From Bigelowiella natans CCMP2755 (taxonomy: Eukaryota > Protista > Cercozoa): a stretch of DNA of 35,868 nucleotides. Below are positions 1 to 12,220 of the stretch, piece by piece. The DNA lies in contig ADNK01003076.1 of the NCBI GenBank assembly GCA_000320545.1, forward strand, positions 1-35,868. The letters are read 5' to 3'. Numbering within the stretch: the stretch's first letter is position 1; each line of letters starts with the position of its first letter. The position numbers and the translations under genes were made by a program. The notes under the pieces are model-generated. The model saw nothing but the letters and a program-made list of their open reading frames with translations, was not told the DNA's origin and did no database searches.

Positions 1-40
<40 letters not shown>

Positions 41-87
41 CCTAAATACATGCGCATACTCACGGTTGCACTCGTGTGAAGGCGTAG

Positions 88-338
88 GTTCCCAGAAAGA
101 AGACCGGAAGGAACGAAGGAAGAAGGAGAAAACAAAGAGCAAGAAAAAAAACAAGCAGAAAGCGCGGAGAGAGGGGGAAGAAGAAATCAACCGCGGACCT
201 GCAACCAAGGTGGAGGAAAAGGAAAAGGACGAGGATGTTAAAAAGAAAAATAAGAAGAAAGAGAAGAAGAAGAAGAAGAAGAAGGAGAAGAAGAAGAAGG
301 AGAAGAAGAAGCAGCAGGAGGAGGAGGAGGACACGAAT

Positions 339-375
<37 letters not shown>

Positions 376-612
376 GTCCATGTGCGGAGGGAGGCGAAGA
401 GCAATTCGCGGCGGGGAAGATAAAGAAGAAGAAGAAGAAGATGAAGAAGAAGAAGAAAAAAAAAACGACGATAAAGACAGAAGCTGGAATTGAAAAGACG
501 ATAGAAACGGCGGAAAACCCCAAGAAAAAGGCGAAAAAGGTAGGGCGATTTCGCAGCAACAATAGCCACAATTTTGAGGAAGAATCGCTCTTTCAGCCGT
601 TGTTTCAGAGAT

Positions 613-660
<48 letters not shown>

Positions 661-1156
661 GGGAAGGGTGAATGAGTGGCAAGATGACGATGAGGATGTT
701 GATGATGAGAAAACAAGGAATGAAATAAGAGGTAATCCATCCCTCCCCACTTGAGATATTATCTGAGAGCTGCTTATAAACATGCTCTTCAACAGCGGAA
801 GAACAAGGGTAAGGAGCCTACCACTGCTGTATCAAAATCCTCCTCATCGCCGTCGTCCACCCCCTCGTCGGCGATCATACCCGCCATCGGGTTCGTGACA
901 GCGGGGGGGGGCGAGGAAGCGCCGCCGGCCAAGAAATATCGGTGAATCATCTATAGAGCGTAGCCCGCGTATTTTGCCATGACCGAAGAGGGGATTTTAG
1001 GCACTAACAGCAACCTGCGATGATGCTGCTATGAACGACGGTATCTAGGCGGTCTGGTATACGGCAAAGCTTCGAGGCGAAGATCGCTTCCTCGACGAGA
1101 AAATCCAAATTCAACGCCGCAGGTCTCTGTATGCATCATATTTAAATATACACTAA

Positions 1157-1187
<31 letters not shown>

Positions 1188-1390
1188 TCTAATATATATT
1201 CTAATATTATTCAACGTAAACTAGATATAGTTGGGTATTGATGACGAACACGAAATAAACACGCAGGTGGGCTCGGATTCACGCAAACATTCCAGGCTGA
1301 CTACTACGAGAAGATGATGGCAGCCGCGACAACGAAGAAGAAGAGAGGCCTCGGTAACTATTTTGCGTTTGTCTTGGCATCGTGATGAGT

Positions 1391-1436
<46 letters not shown>

Positions 1437-1510
1437 TCATCACCACTTTGGCATCCTTGTGCCGCCAAGATCCTACTTACGTTTTGGGAGGGGATAGCGA
1501 GAGTCTTTGA
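88..1510 (+). CDS. 3' part of a Lys/Glu-rich, probably nucleolar protein with a G-patch (PinX1/GPATCH4-like) C-terminal signature; multi-exon, 5' end outside the window
   Basis: In-phase GT-AG splicing gives a KKKE-rich exon from ~88, then RKNKGKEP...AIGFVTAGGGEEAPPAKKYR | RSGIRQSFEAKIASSTRKSKFNAAG | GLGFTQTFQADYYEKMMAAATTKKKRGLG. This resembles the GFV-GG...GF..Q..Y...K.GLG tail of G-patch proteins (from memory). The stop is uncertain: 1385 if unspliced, 1510 with one more exon. Confidence 0.5.
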
Positions 1511-3069
1511 AGGAACAATATGCGAGAGAAAAATCGGACGCCCCCATCCCTGTTTCCAATGTTACGCTGTGTAGGTTTCACCCAGTAGCCTGCAGCAGTA
1601 AGGAGCAAGCATCCGGAGGTCCGTGCACATGTGTACCAATGCGAAGAGCAATGCTCACTTATCTGCTGTTGTCTGCGTGTGGATGAACATGCAGGTTCGT
1701 GTGGAGGAAAAGGATATTTACAATCAAACACGGAAAGCGCAGTCGTTTGCAGCATGGCATGCTAGCGGGAAGTCGCTGGCATGGTCCTCCTGCAGCGACA
1801 CGTTGCTTGGGTGACCGATCCTGCTAACGAATGGTTGGCTGTGATGGGCACTTGTTGAGCTAGTAGTTGCGAACGCAGTCCAGCAGTGCGTACGTGAGAG
1901 GGACATAGCTGCTGTATGTTTGCATGTACAATGTAATTGGCATCATAGCAAAGCTAATAGCTGATGCATAGATCACGAGCGCTACGATGCAGCATCTGTA
2001 GTCTGGCAGCTGCTGTATGCGTGCATGCACATGAAGTGCTAGATAGAAGTAGCAAGGCACGCAGTGCATGCTGGAGTCCGCCACATCACGAATGTCCGTA
2101 CATCACATGGCGCATTGTGAAGATAATCATCATGCGTCGAGGTGCACGTCATGCTGTCAGCAGTAACGTTGCATGCGCTGACAATTTTGTAAACACTGCG
2201 CGCGCATCATGTTCGTTTTGCGCCACACGTGAGACATGGTTATGCTAGTCGTGTACATGCTTCGAAGCACACTGTCACTCATTTTTTAACAATGATCTCT
2301 ATATTCTAGATGTTGTCTCTCGCTAATCGATTATAGTGAATAGCAAATAAGTACGCTCACAACGCACAATCGTCGAAATCCTCTGTACAGTAGACCCAAA
2401 TCTTTCCCTTGAGCATCTCTTCATCAGTTTGTGGGAACCTCTTCTTCTTTTCCTGCATCATTGCCCACATCTCGCACCGGTAGAATGAATATGCTATCCG
2501 TGTCTTGGCTGAATGGTTGAATCATACTACAAGGCCTTTGGAAGGTCGTCAACGTTCCCTCTCATCATTTGATCGGGATGGCGGGTTATCTCCGAAGAGG
2601 CGCTCTTCTCTTGTGCTTCTAAGCCTTGCGACAAAGCTGGAAAGTCTTATTTTATATTTTCGCATGCTATTCTCATTCTGCGACAAGACCGCTATTGTTG
2701 ACCGGGATCCCGGTACACATCCCATCAAACTCTCTAGAGACTCTCAGGGGCTAATATCCTAGGGAAAATATCGCAAGGTTTCTTGTGTACATCGGTAGGA
2801 AATTTCCTGTGGGTAATTGTAGTTTTCTGCAGACTGTTGAGTCACAGAACATCGTGTTCCTTGGCTATGGATTTTGTAATATTTACGATGTTTTCGGTGT
2901 ATTTTACTGCCTAATGTATTGTGAAGTCGCCGGTCCCTCTAGTGGCTCAAGATTCGCACGCGTGATTTGTGTGGCGTCCCTCCCTGCCCGTCCTTTTACT
3001 CTTCTTACTGTGCTATCGGGAACGATAGTTACTATTATACCCCAAGTGTGCTGAGGAGGGTGCCACGGA

Positions 3070-4191
3070 ATGAATAAGAAAAGCTCGAAGAACTTTGGCG
3101 AGGTGACGTATGTGCTGTTTGCCTCCCTCTTTCTCTGCGCCGCCCCCTGTTTTTAATGGGAATCCGATGGGGTTGCATCCCTGTCACATCTACATTGAAC
3201 TGAAGTTTTGTCGCCCTTCATCCCTCTAGCTTTTAATAGTCCTCGGAGACCTTTGCATTCCAAACCGAGCAGCGAAGATACCCGAGAAACTCGAGAAGGT
3301 GATGATTAAATAACAATCACAAGAAGACTGCTGCTTCTCTCTTTTCTAAGGCGATTACTTCTCCCCAGTTCGATGGTTTGTGTATCTTACATGCTTCTTT
3401 ATATTTTATTTCATGTGTTTGGGGTCCTCGTAGCTCTTAAAGGCAAGTAACCAGGTCAAGCAGGTGTTATGCACGGGCAATCTTTGCACAAGGTCCATGG
3501 AACAGTCGCTAGAGTCGCTAAGTCCCATCTTTCACTTGGGTAAGAGGAGATCGTATTATTTTCAATTTTATTATGCCCACACCCCGAGAAAGTATTTAAG
3601 TGTGTAGATATAGCATAAAAATCGCTGATACAAAACGCACATTAAGTGAAGAATGATTTATGCATATCTATACTTCTTTTTTTTTATATATACATATACA
3701 TATATCATTGTGCGTGTGTGTGTGCGTGTGTGTGTGCTTGTGTGTGTGCTTATTAATATTGCGTGCTTAGTGAGGGGCGACTTGGATGACAAGAAGGAGT
3801 TCCCAGAAGCTCCGCTCGAGAAGAAAATCCGCGTGGGAGCTTTCGACATCGCCATGATCCATGGCCACCAAGTAAAGATTTTGCGCAGTTCTGCATGCAA
3901 CAAAAGCGCTGGACGCTGTACGTTCCTCCCCATTCCCTCCTCAAGTTGAAGACTTCTGTTGTTGTAATTAACCAGATCGTACCTTGGGGAGATGTGCAGA
4001 GCCTTGCGAACCATAAGAGGAAGGTGGGTCTCATGCATTTAGTGAGTAAACGTTGCATTTCGTGTGAAATGCGGAGTTTATGCATTACAAATTCATATGC
4101 GCGTGTGTAGTTTATAAAGGTGTATGTGTGCGTTGTTTCACACACTCTTTCGAATTTGAAATGGCTACATGAATCTAATACATGAAAACCA

Positions 4192-4233
<42 letters not shown>

Positions 4234-4316
4234 TACGGCGAGAGATTGGGGGGGGGGGGAGTGAAGAGAAATGCTCAAATGTGCGTATATTGAATTTTTG
4301 TGCTTTTCCGCATATA

Positions 4317-4361
<45 letters not shown>

Positions 4362-5173
4362 TGTGTGTGTGTGTGTGTGTGCGTGAATCTATCTCCTCAG
4401 CTTGGAGTAGATATCCTCATTTCTGGCCACACGCACAAGGCCTCGGTACGGAGGAATATTATCATATACGCCTGAGCAGTAGAGTAGTAGTAGCAGTAGT
4501 GGTAGCCATTGTTTGTTATTGTTGTCCCTGTTCCGAAGAAGATGAGGATGAAGAAGAGGAAGAAGAAATCAGTGAAGTAGTTGCGACATGTGCAGCAACA
4601 TGAATTTGGACGACGGTTGGTTTTCTCTCGAGCAGCTATACCATGTGTCAAGAATTGTACGTCTTCTCTAGGTGACGGAGATACCTGATGGATTGCTGCT
4701 TAACCCTGGGAGCCTGACAGGATCATTCAACGCTGTGGAGACGTGAGATCGATGATGCTGATGTTGATAGGATAAAGCAAAGGGGGGGGTAGGAAAGGGG
4801 CTATGTGTCGGAAAAATACCTTCTTTAAGGCGATTTGGACAATTGTTATCATCGTGCTTTTGGGCGCGTATCATAAATATTGTACACACACACACACACA
4901 ACAACAACAACAACAACAACAACAAAACAACTATGCTAAATATAAATACGCACTCATCGTACGTCGCAAGAGAGGATCTTTGCGGCTTCGTGAGCCAATT
5001 GCAGTAGAGGACAGTAGCGGCAGCAACCGTACTAACACCTCCTTTGCCCAATGTCGTCGTATTGCGCAGGAAGACCACCCCGTCCTTCATGGTACTATCA
5101 ATAAAGAACGACGTGTGCCAGCTCTACTTGTACGAATTGAAAGAAAAAAAGGTGGTTAACGCACACAAATATA

Positions 5174-5259
<86 letters not shown>

Positions 5260-5405
5260 GCACAGTATTCACAGGCAGCCAATCCTAATGCTGATGGAAC
5301 GTGTTCTATCTTTGTTGTTATCTATTTTTCCCGGCCATTCTCGCCAAGCAGGTCGTCGTATCTACTCACCTGTATGAGAAGAAGAAGAAATCAGCATCTT
5401 CTTAA
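3070..5405 (+). CDS. VPS29: Retromer subunit VPS29, 9 exons, 202 aa
   Basis: Exons 3070-3102, 3230-3298, 3434-3539, 3771-3871, 3976-4023, 4401-4445, 4672-4742, 5070-5151, 5352-5405, all GT-AG and in phase. They give LLIVLGDLCIPNRA..VLCTGNLC..VRGDLD..IHGHQIVPWGD..GVDILISGHTH..LNPGSLTG..PSFMVL, the VPS29 metallophosphoesterase-fold motifs. Confidence 0.96.
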
Positions 5406-6751
5406 AACCATCGACGTTACACGTGCGGTCATCATCCCTGGAACGATGACATGCGGCAAAACGAAGCTAAAGCGTGCGTGCGTGTGTGCGTGTGTGTGTG
5501 CTCAGTGCGCGCACGTAGCGTGCATGCTCAAACAATTTAGTTTTGTCATAAATCTTTCGTAGCGCCCAGCGACATTATATTGCAGACACTTGTAATAGCG
5601 AGTCGTATAGTGTCAAACCCATACATGACTTGTCTAAAAAGACTTCCCCCGTCGCACCGCATTGTGCATGCCACGCCATGCGTGGCTCTTGACCTGTATT
5701 TTGTCATGTGTCTGTACACACCGCATGCGTACTAATAAACTAATAGCATGGCACAATGATGCGCATGGTTTGCATCATTGGGTCTGATCTAGTGATGCAC
5801 GTGCGTGCAGATGCATAGATGCCGTGTCTTGCTTTTTTGGCCACAGCGCTAGTAGCTAGCTAGGCCACATGACACAGCTAGTCACAGCCAGCACGCACAG
5901 AGCGTGATCCTTGCCGCATTCTAGCATTGTTTGGTAAATCTTGTAGCGTTCATCTACATGGCATCGAAACAACGCACCTCTTGCGCACATGGACGCACCC
6001 TTGCACACATCACAACGGGCAAGTGCCTGGACGCAGCGCTGTCGCCATCACAGGCTAGCTATGACTGGGGCTTGGTAATGATTTCAAAACATGATGCAGC
6101 GTCTCCTCGGTCACAAAATCGTGCCTGAGCGCTTGAGCGAAGACTCAAAACAATTTGCGCACCTTTCAGAGTGGTTTCCGTGTTGACGTGCACCACTGCT
6201 CTCTCATCCTGCCACACCTGAAACCCCTTCTCCCTTTCGCCATCAACCCCTTCAACCTTGATTATTGGGCGAGGGAAGCAACACGATAAATACTACTCGC
6301 GAGCCAAAGAAGATTCACGGGGACTGCTCCATGGCCCCCCTGTCCGTCAGATGCGATCTGGTGTTAGCCGCGATGATGATTTTGGGTTTTGAGGACATTT
6401 ATCTCCGCCTAGGGAACATATCAGACTGAAGGATATTATCGGCTTATAATTTGGACCAAATATTGTCGACTCTGCGGACGGCAGCGCCCAACCGAAGAGC
6501 TGTTTGCTCTGAGGAGTAATAGGAAATATTAGAAGCCGCAAACATCTAGGAAAATCCATTCAAAGGAATTACATTGGCACATCATTCCGAGGATCCAGCC
6601 GACCGCCTAGCTCGCCCAACCCCCCCCGGGCAAAATCCCAAGAGTAAGAGAGCGGCTACTGCAACAGCGTTGCAGGTCTGTCGAAGCGCAATTGTTTATC
6701 TGATCCCTGCCCGAAGCCGAGAGAGCCGGTCACTCATTCAGGAATGCGGAG

Positions 6752-8440
6752 ATGATGCGGATGAATGCAGAAAGCTCGGGGACGGGCCGCAGCTGTGCCA
6801 GCCCGCCAGAAGCTTACGCTCCTCCTTACGTTCGAAAATTCTCGATCTCTCTTCCTTACTCTTCGTTGCTAAGTCTAGTTCTGCACACCTGGGCTCTGAA
6901 CGCCCTCCTACCCGCCCGGAAGCACATCGGCTATCGGTGAGGCAAAGAGAGCGAGAGGACATGTACACAGGCATGACGATTGCTGTTTGGGAGAGGGGGG
7001 GGGAGGTAAAAGAGAGAGGGCGTTAAGGTATGCTGATAAAACTTGCGACAAGGCGATTGTGGTGTATAGATGACGGTGAAGGAGTAGGATAATGATCTCC
7101 GGTGAAGGAGTAGGATAATAATCTCAATTTCGATACTACATCCCCTCTCGCACCACCCTCCCCCATTCCCCGCAGCCGTCCTCGCTCCTTCCTGAAGCTA
7201 AGAGGGGGGACCGTGCCCGGAGGAAAAAACATTAACAGCAGCGCTATCATCGACCCGAGCCTGAGCATCATTGAACGAGAGAAAATTCACCAGATTTGCA
7301 GCCTGATCGACAGGTACTACTCTCCATAGTCATCCACAAATCAAGCCCCCACACCGGAGGAGACCTTTATAAATCGAGGAAAAGTGAAGGCAGTTTCAAA
7401 TTCACAAAAATGATCAATCAGGATAGGATATTTTGAATGAATACCTTAGTATATTGCGTAGGGTGTTAGCCGTAAGTAACTTACCGCCACCGCAACTTCT
7501 TGCCAGGAACTCGACTGGCTTTGTGCAGAACACTTCGCTAGCGCAAGCTCTCGGGATAAAGCCTATGCACAAATTTGACGATGGGAAGAATAGCAGTGAC
7601 CGTAGCGCCGCCTCTAAATTAGACTCCTGGCCGCCATCATCATCATCCTCCGCGCCATTCCCTCTATTCAACGGCAGTCTGGGTTATGCTCAGTTTGCGT
7701 CCTTCCTTGTTCGGACAGTGAGTTGCAATCACATCCACATATCCATAGCCAAGGAGCCTCATCATGCTGAGTATTCTCATTCTCGTTGGTGCACCCTCAT
7801 CAATAGCGGGAGGAAGTGGGGGGGGAAGGGGCCATCATGGGCGCGATCACCACAACAACGACGAAAATAGTGTAACCGAAGGGGACGACGATGATGATGA
7901 CGATGATGATGACGATGATGATGACGATGATGATGACGATGATGATGATACCGAATCACGGTGATGGTGATGATGATGCTATGATATCCAGAGCGAAGGA
8001 ACGGCCCGAGGCCGCTGCATCCTTGGCGAGATGTTACACCTTCTCTATCAGTAATATGCGCCAATCACTGCATACACATTGGATACATGACAAAACAGTT
8101 TTCTAATTATTAATATCCCCCCCCCCCCTCCCCATCGGCACAAATACCCCGAGTACCAGACAACCATGATCTCACCATTGTTTATATCACTAGGACTGTA
8201 TCTGGCGTTGGTGCTCGCCAGCATTTCTCGTGGGGGTGGAAACATCTTAGCCGATCATGCGCCCCGGTCGTTCCGGACGATGACCCGTCTTCGCCACTCG
8301 GGGAGAATAGCGGCAGGGCAGCAGCACGGTGGGATGCACAAAAAAACAAGGCGTCGCTATGGCTTTATTAGTGCATAATAAGATTTTAAATTGCAGCGAG
8401 GATTTAAAGCACACGCCAGACGCGCCCCCCCCCCCCCCCC

Positions 8441-8509
<69 letters not shown>

Positions 8510-8901
8510 ACATGGCGGGCCAGGAAAGTTCGGGAGCTACATTCTAAAATTTGAGTTGAGATCAGATAACTTTGTTATAGTTATTTACCGCATTATAAAC
8601 GTTTTCTTTTTTTCTTATCATTATTGTTAAGATAAAAATGGGAACAAATGACATTCTTAGTTGCAGAGCAGATTTTATGTTAAATTCATTTTCCATTTCT
8701 ATCATCATATCCCCCTCCCCCTCTCCCTCTCTCCTAACCCCCCTCACTACCAACAGGGAGATGTCATTGACGACGCAGCGAGGACAGCACATCTGCAACC
8801 TCGCTGAGACTGTTCTTCTCCGATGTATGGTTATGATGATGAAGATAGAGATGTTAGCCTTAGTGATGATACAGGAAGTGGGTACCTTGCTTGTCAATCA
8901 C

Positions 8902-8944
<43 letters not shown>

Positions 8945-9293
8945 AATATAAATAATATTTTATGTCAGGCCCAGATTCGAACGGAGAGCGCAGGTATTAT
9001 ACCTTTTACAAAAAATAGATTAAAATCAAGACAAAAAATTGAAAAGAAGCCGCCCAAAGGGCCCTCCCTTCTGCATCGCCCACAAGCATGAGTTGTGGTG
9101 AAATTGCCTCCCCGAACCAGGAGCCCTTCTTTCCCCTCCCTCCCATGGAGTGCACGGAAGGAAGGTCTCTGTAAACTGCGGGAAGTAGCTAGGACTCTTC
9201 TCATCAACTCGTCATTTCTTTGGAGACAAACCGAGAGATCTCCCTTTCTCCCATAGCCATGATGATGCATCATCCTCGACAAGCTCGCCGCTT

Positions 9294-9331
<38 letters not shown>

Positions 9332-9712
9332 CAAATGAAGGCATTGCGCTGTCCTGACGGTCGCCGTCTCGGAAAGGACCCAAAATCAAGCGATATGTCT
9401 CTTCGCGTAAACCTAGACAATGCGCCGAGGGGCGAGTGCACTCCGTTCTGCTTTTGATCTAGTAACCAACCCATCGTAGGCTGCATCTGAGCCTCAAGGA
9501 GGAGTTCCCGAACACGACGACGAAAGGGCCATTGCCTCATTTGAACCTCACCCTGTAATGGACGCATCCAACGACGTGCACGTTATTGTTCATGATTGTG
9601 ATGACGGATAACGTCGTAGCACTTGTACTTTTCTCTTCCCCCCTCTCCACCCACCCCCTTCTTCCGAACCACTTTTTCCTGTCCCCGCCCCCCTTTCCTC
9701 CCTTTTCTTCTC

Positions 9713-9746
<34 letters not shown>

Positions 9747-10195
9747 ACACACACACACACACACACTCGTTCCCACCATTCGACTATAAAGGAGGAAGAA
9801 GCCATTAGCACAAGTCTGGACGGGGGATGGGAGGTCATAAATACCATGCGCAACGCGCATCATTGCAATGCGCGTGACGCATTGACTGAAGCTATTATTG
9901 ATATCGTGGTGATATATGCAAATGCAACCAGCCCTTATCCCTTCTATGATGATCGTTCCTTTTGTCCTGCGCTGCATTTATGGGGTGTATTCTGGCTATG
10001 GGGTGAGGAGGATTCGTTCGTGTTTGTCCGCCAGCAGCCGCAATGGCTGCTACTTGCGCATTCGATCCTCAGCGAGCTGTTTTGATCAGGTATCCTTCCG
10101 TCTTCAAAAGGCGTGGGTATGGACTCACAGAAAAGGGTACGGCCTGATGGGATTCGTGTGTATGGGGAGGAGGGCGGCCAAACACTGCTATGCGT

Positions 10196-10229
<34 letters not shown>

Positions 10230-10366
10230 ATATTAGGAGGAGAAGTATTATGTTATTAATGATCTAAGAGGAGAGATGACTGTCGGAAAAGAGAATGAGT
10301 GCCGCTCCTTACGGAACGAAGGAGACCTTGCCATAATCGTGTCTGTACACAAATACACGATATGTG

Positions 10367-10397
<31 letters not shown>

Positions 10398-10877
10398 CGT
10401 TCGCGGCAAATGTGGCGCTCGAAACATAAGATATTACAACACGTAGACCTGAGCACGCGCTACACCGAGATACGCGAAAAGCTTCTGCAGCACATGGCCA
10501 CGGAGTATGTTTTTCCAGAGATTTAAAGGGGGGGGAGGGGGGGAGCAGCGCCAAAATTCGCCAACAACAAACATCGAGCAGCGTCCCCACACCATCTTGA
10601 CACAATCTGCAAGGACTGCTTGGAAGAGAATATAAGGAGGAAGTTTTGACCTTCTCTTGTAGATTTGGTGGTCAAAAATTAAGTGTCATATGTTGTTCAA
10701 AAGGCGAGGGAAGAATCCGAACCGTGGGGTTAGACTTTCGACTCTTCGCGAGGCAGCTCCAAAGGTAGGAAAAACAGCAGAGAGTGTGATGACGGGTACT
10801 TAGAGAGAATCAGGGGAAAGAAATAGCAATGTGCGCATATTATCTCGCATGATAACAATAGGCTAAGTATATGAATA

Positions 10878-10919
<42 letters not shown>

Positions 10920-12220
10920 CAAATATAAGCTTAAAATCTAAGCAAGTTTCTTAATTTTTTCTCACCAATGAAATTATGGACGTTCATGTATTTATATATT
11001 TTTATTTTCCGACAACAAAGGGCCGGTTCTTTATACAGTTTGGAGTGCAGAAATTTGTGGATTTTGTTAAGGCTGTTCCCGAGGTGGGTAAGGAGATGGG
11101 AAAGAGGCACAACTCTCTTCTAAGGATTTTCCCTTTCGATAACTTTTCGAGTACTAATTTGGCAAATGTATTCTTTTTTTTTTTTTTTCCTGGCATCTTC
11201 TCGCCAAACAACCGATTATGAAGATACAAGTCGCTCCTAATCTCAAGTGTTGGCTGCGGACAGAATCACCAAATCGGTAGTAGCCGGAAAGCAGCTGCCT
11301 TATTCAAATTCTGCCCACAAAATTAATGTATTATATATCCACATTACAAAATATCATAAATATATATATATATATATATAAATATATACCGTTAAATTAA
11401 ACTCCGTAATGCATATTGATTGTATGGTTTCAACAAATCGTAGAACGATGCCCCATTGGGTGGAGAATGCTTTGACCAAGCGTCAGTATAAATATGCTTA
11501 TTACCGCGACTTTAAGGTAAATTGAACCTCCATTCCCTTAGTTCTTAGCTTCGAATTGACTCGTATACCTATACCTATTGTAAATATATATATTTTCGTT
11601 CTCCATTTTAACTCCCACCCTTGCTTGTGTTTGTCTGCTTTGGCGTACCACAGCACAATAAAACGGGTCAAGCACCATACAGACCAAAGGTGTGGATGTA
11701 GCATATAGAAATAGCAAATCGCCTCGAAATTAGAGGGGGTGGCGACGTGCGGCTGACAACGATTGCGTTGCAGCAAGCGCAAGCCTTTCCCTTTCATTTT
11801 TGCTTGTAAAATTACTGATAAACAGTTTCTGCGATTCGCATTACAGCGCCCTCACTTCTCGCGGGAAATCGGATTTAAAGGGCGAATGCGTGTCAACGAG
11901 ATCCGAAGCAGTCGTCTCTTCTCGGAAAGAGTGCTCAATAATACAGTGAGTGCGGATGAGGCTGCTCATCGTGTGCGTAGGCGTATGTTTGAGTCTAGAG
12001 CGACTGAAAGCGTACCTTTATATATTCTTTCCATTCTCCACAAGAGCAAAATGTGCATTACCAAAGACTACAATAGGTTATCATCGTCGTTGTCGACACT
12101 AATGATGATCTTAACCACAGGAAGAGAATATCATGCGTCGTCACGCGGAGAATCGCCAACGTGTACTGGCTACATTCAATAAACCCTACAGAGAAGGCGC
12201 AAACCCGACTTCGTAACTAG
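6752..12220 (+). CDS. Multi-exon protein of unknown function with a hydrophobic leader, an LRGG motif and an OST-HTH/LOTUS-like domain; middle exons uncertain
   Basis: Chain of GT-AG exons. Best supported are 10447-10504, 10704-10764, 11021-11083 and 11224-11276, giving DLSTRYTEIREKLLQHMATERGKNPNRGVRLSTLREAAPKGRFFIQFGVQKFVDFVKAVPEIQV (LOTUS-like pattern). In-phase exons continue from 11444 to a TAG at 12218-12220. Reading frames between ~8750 and 10400 are ambiguous, so this could be two genes. Confidence 0.5.
7884..7980 (+). repeat. (GAT/GAC)n trinucleotide microsatellite, probably intronic
   Basis: GACGATGATGAT units seen directly, between a GT donor near 7719 and an AG acceptor near 7991. 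Confidence 0.85.

Noticed and set aside
60-792. Long minus-strand ORFs (226 aa and 184 aa, poly-L/S/C)
   Set aside because: Antisense shadows of the Lys-rich exon and the (AG)n microsatellite.
2350-2800. Possible small minus-strand gene upstream of VPS29 (..EMWAMMQEKKKRFPQTDEEMLKGKIW..)
   Set aside because: Could not build a consistent spliced model or recognise a domain.
8166-8378. Signal-peptide-like ORF MISPLFISLGLYLALVLAS
   Set aside because: Overlaps, in another frame, an exon that fits the splice phases of the larger + strand gene; no independent support.
9930-10002. DDRSFCPALHL resembling the NYN nuclease GDxDF motif upstream of the LOTUS-like domain
   Set aside because: The key acidic residue and other NYN motifs were not found, and the frame is ambiguous.
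12180-12189. TAAACCCTA telomere-like unit
   Set aside because: Single copy inside a predicted exon.
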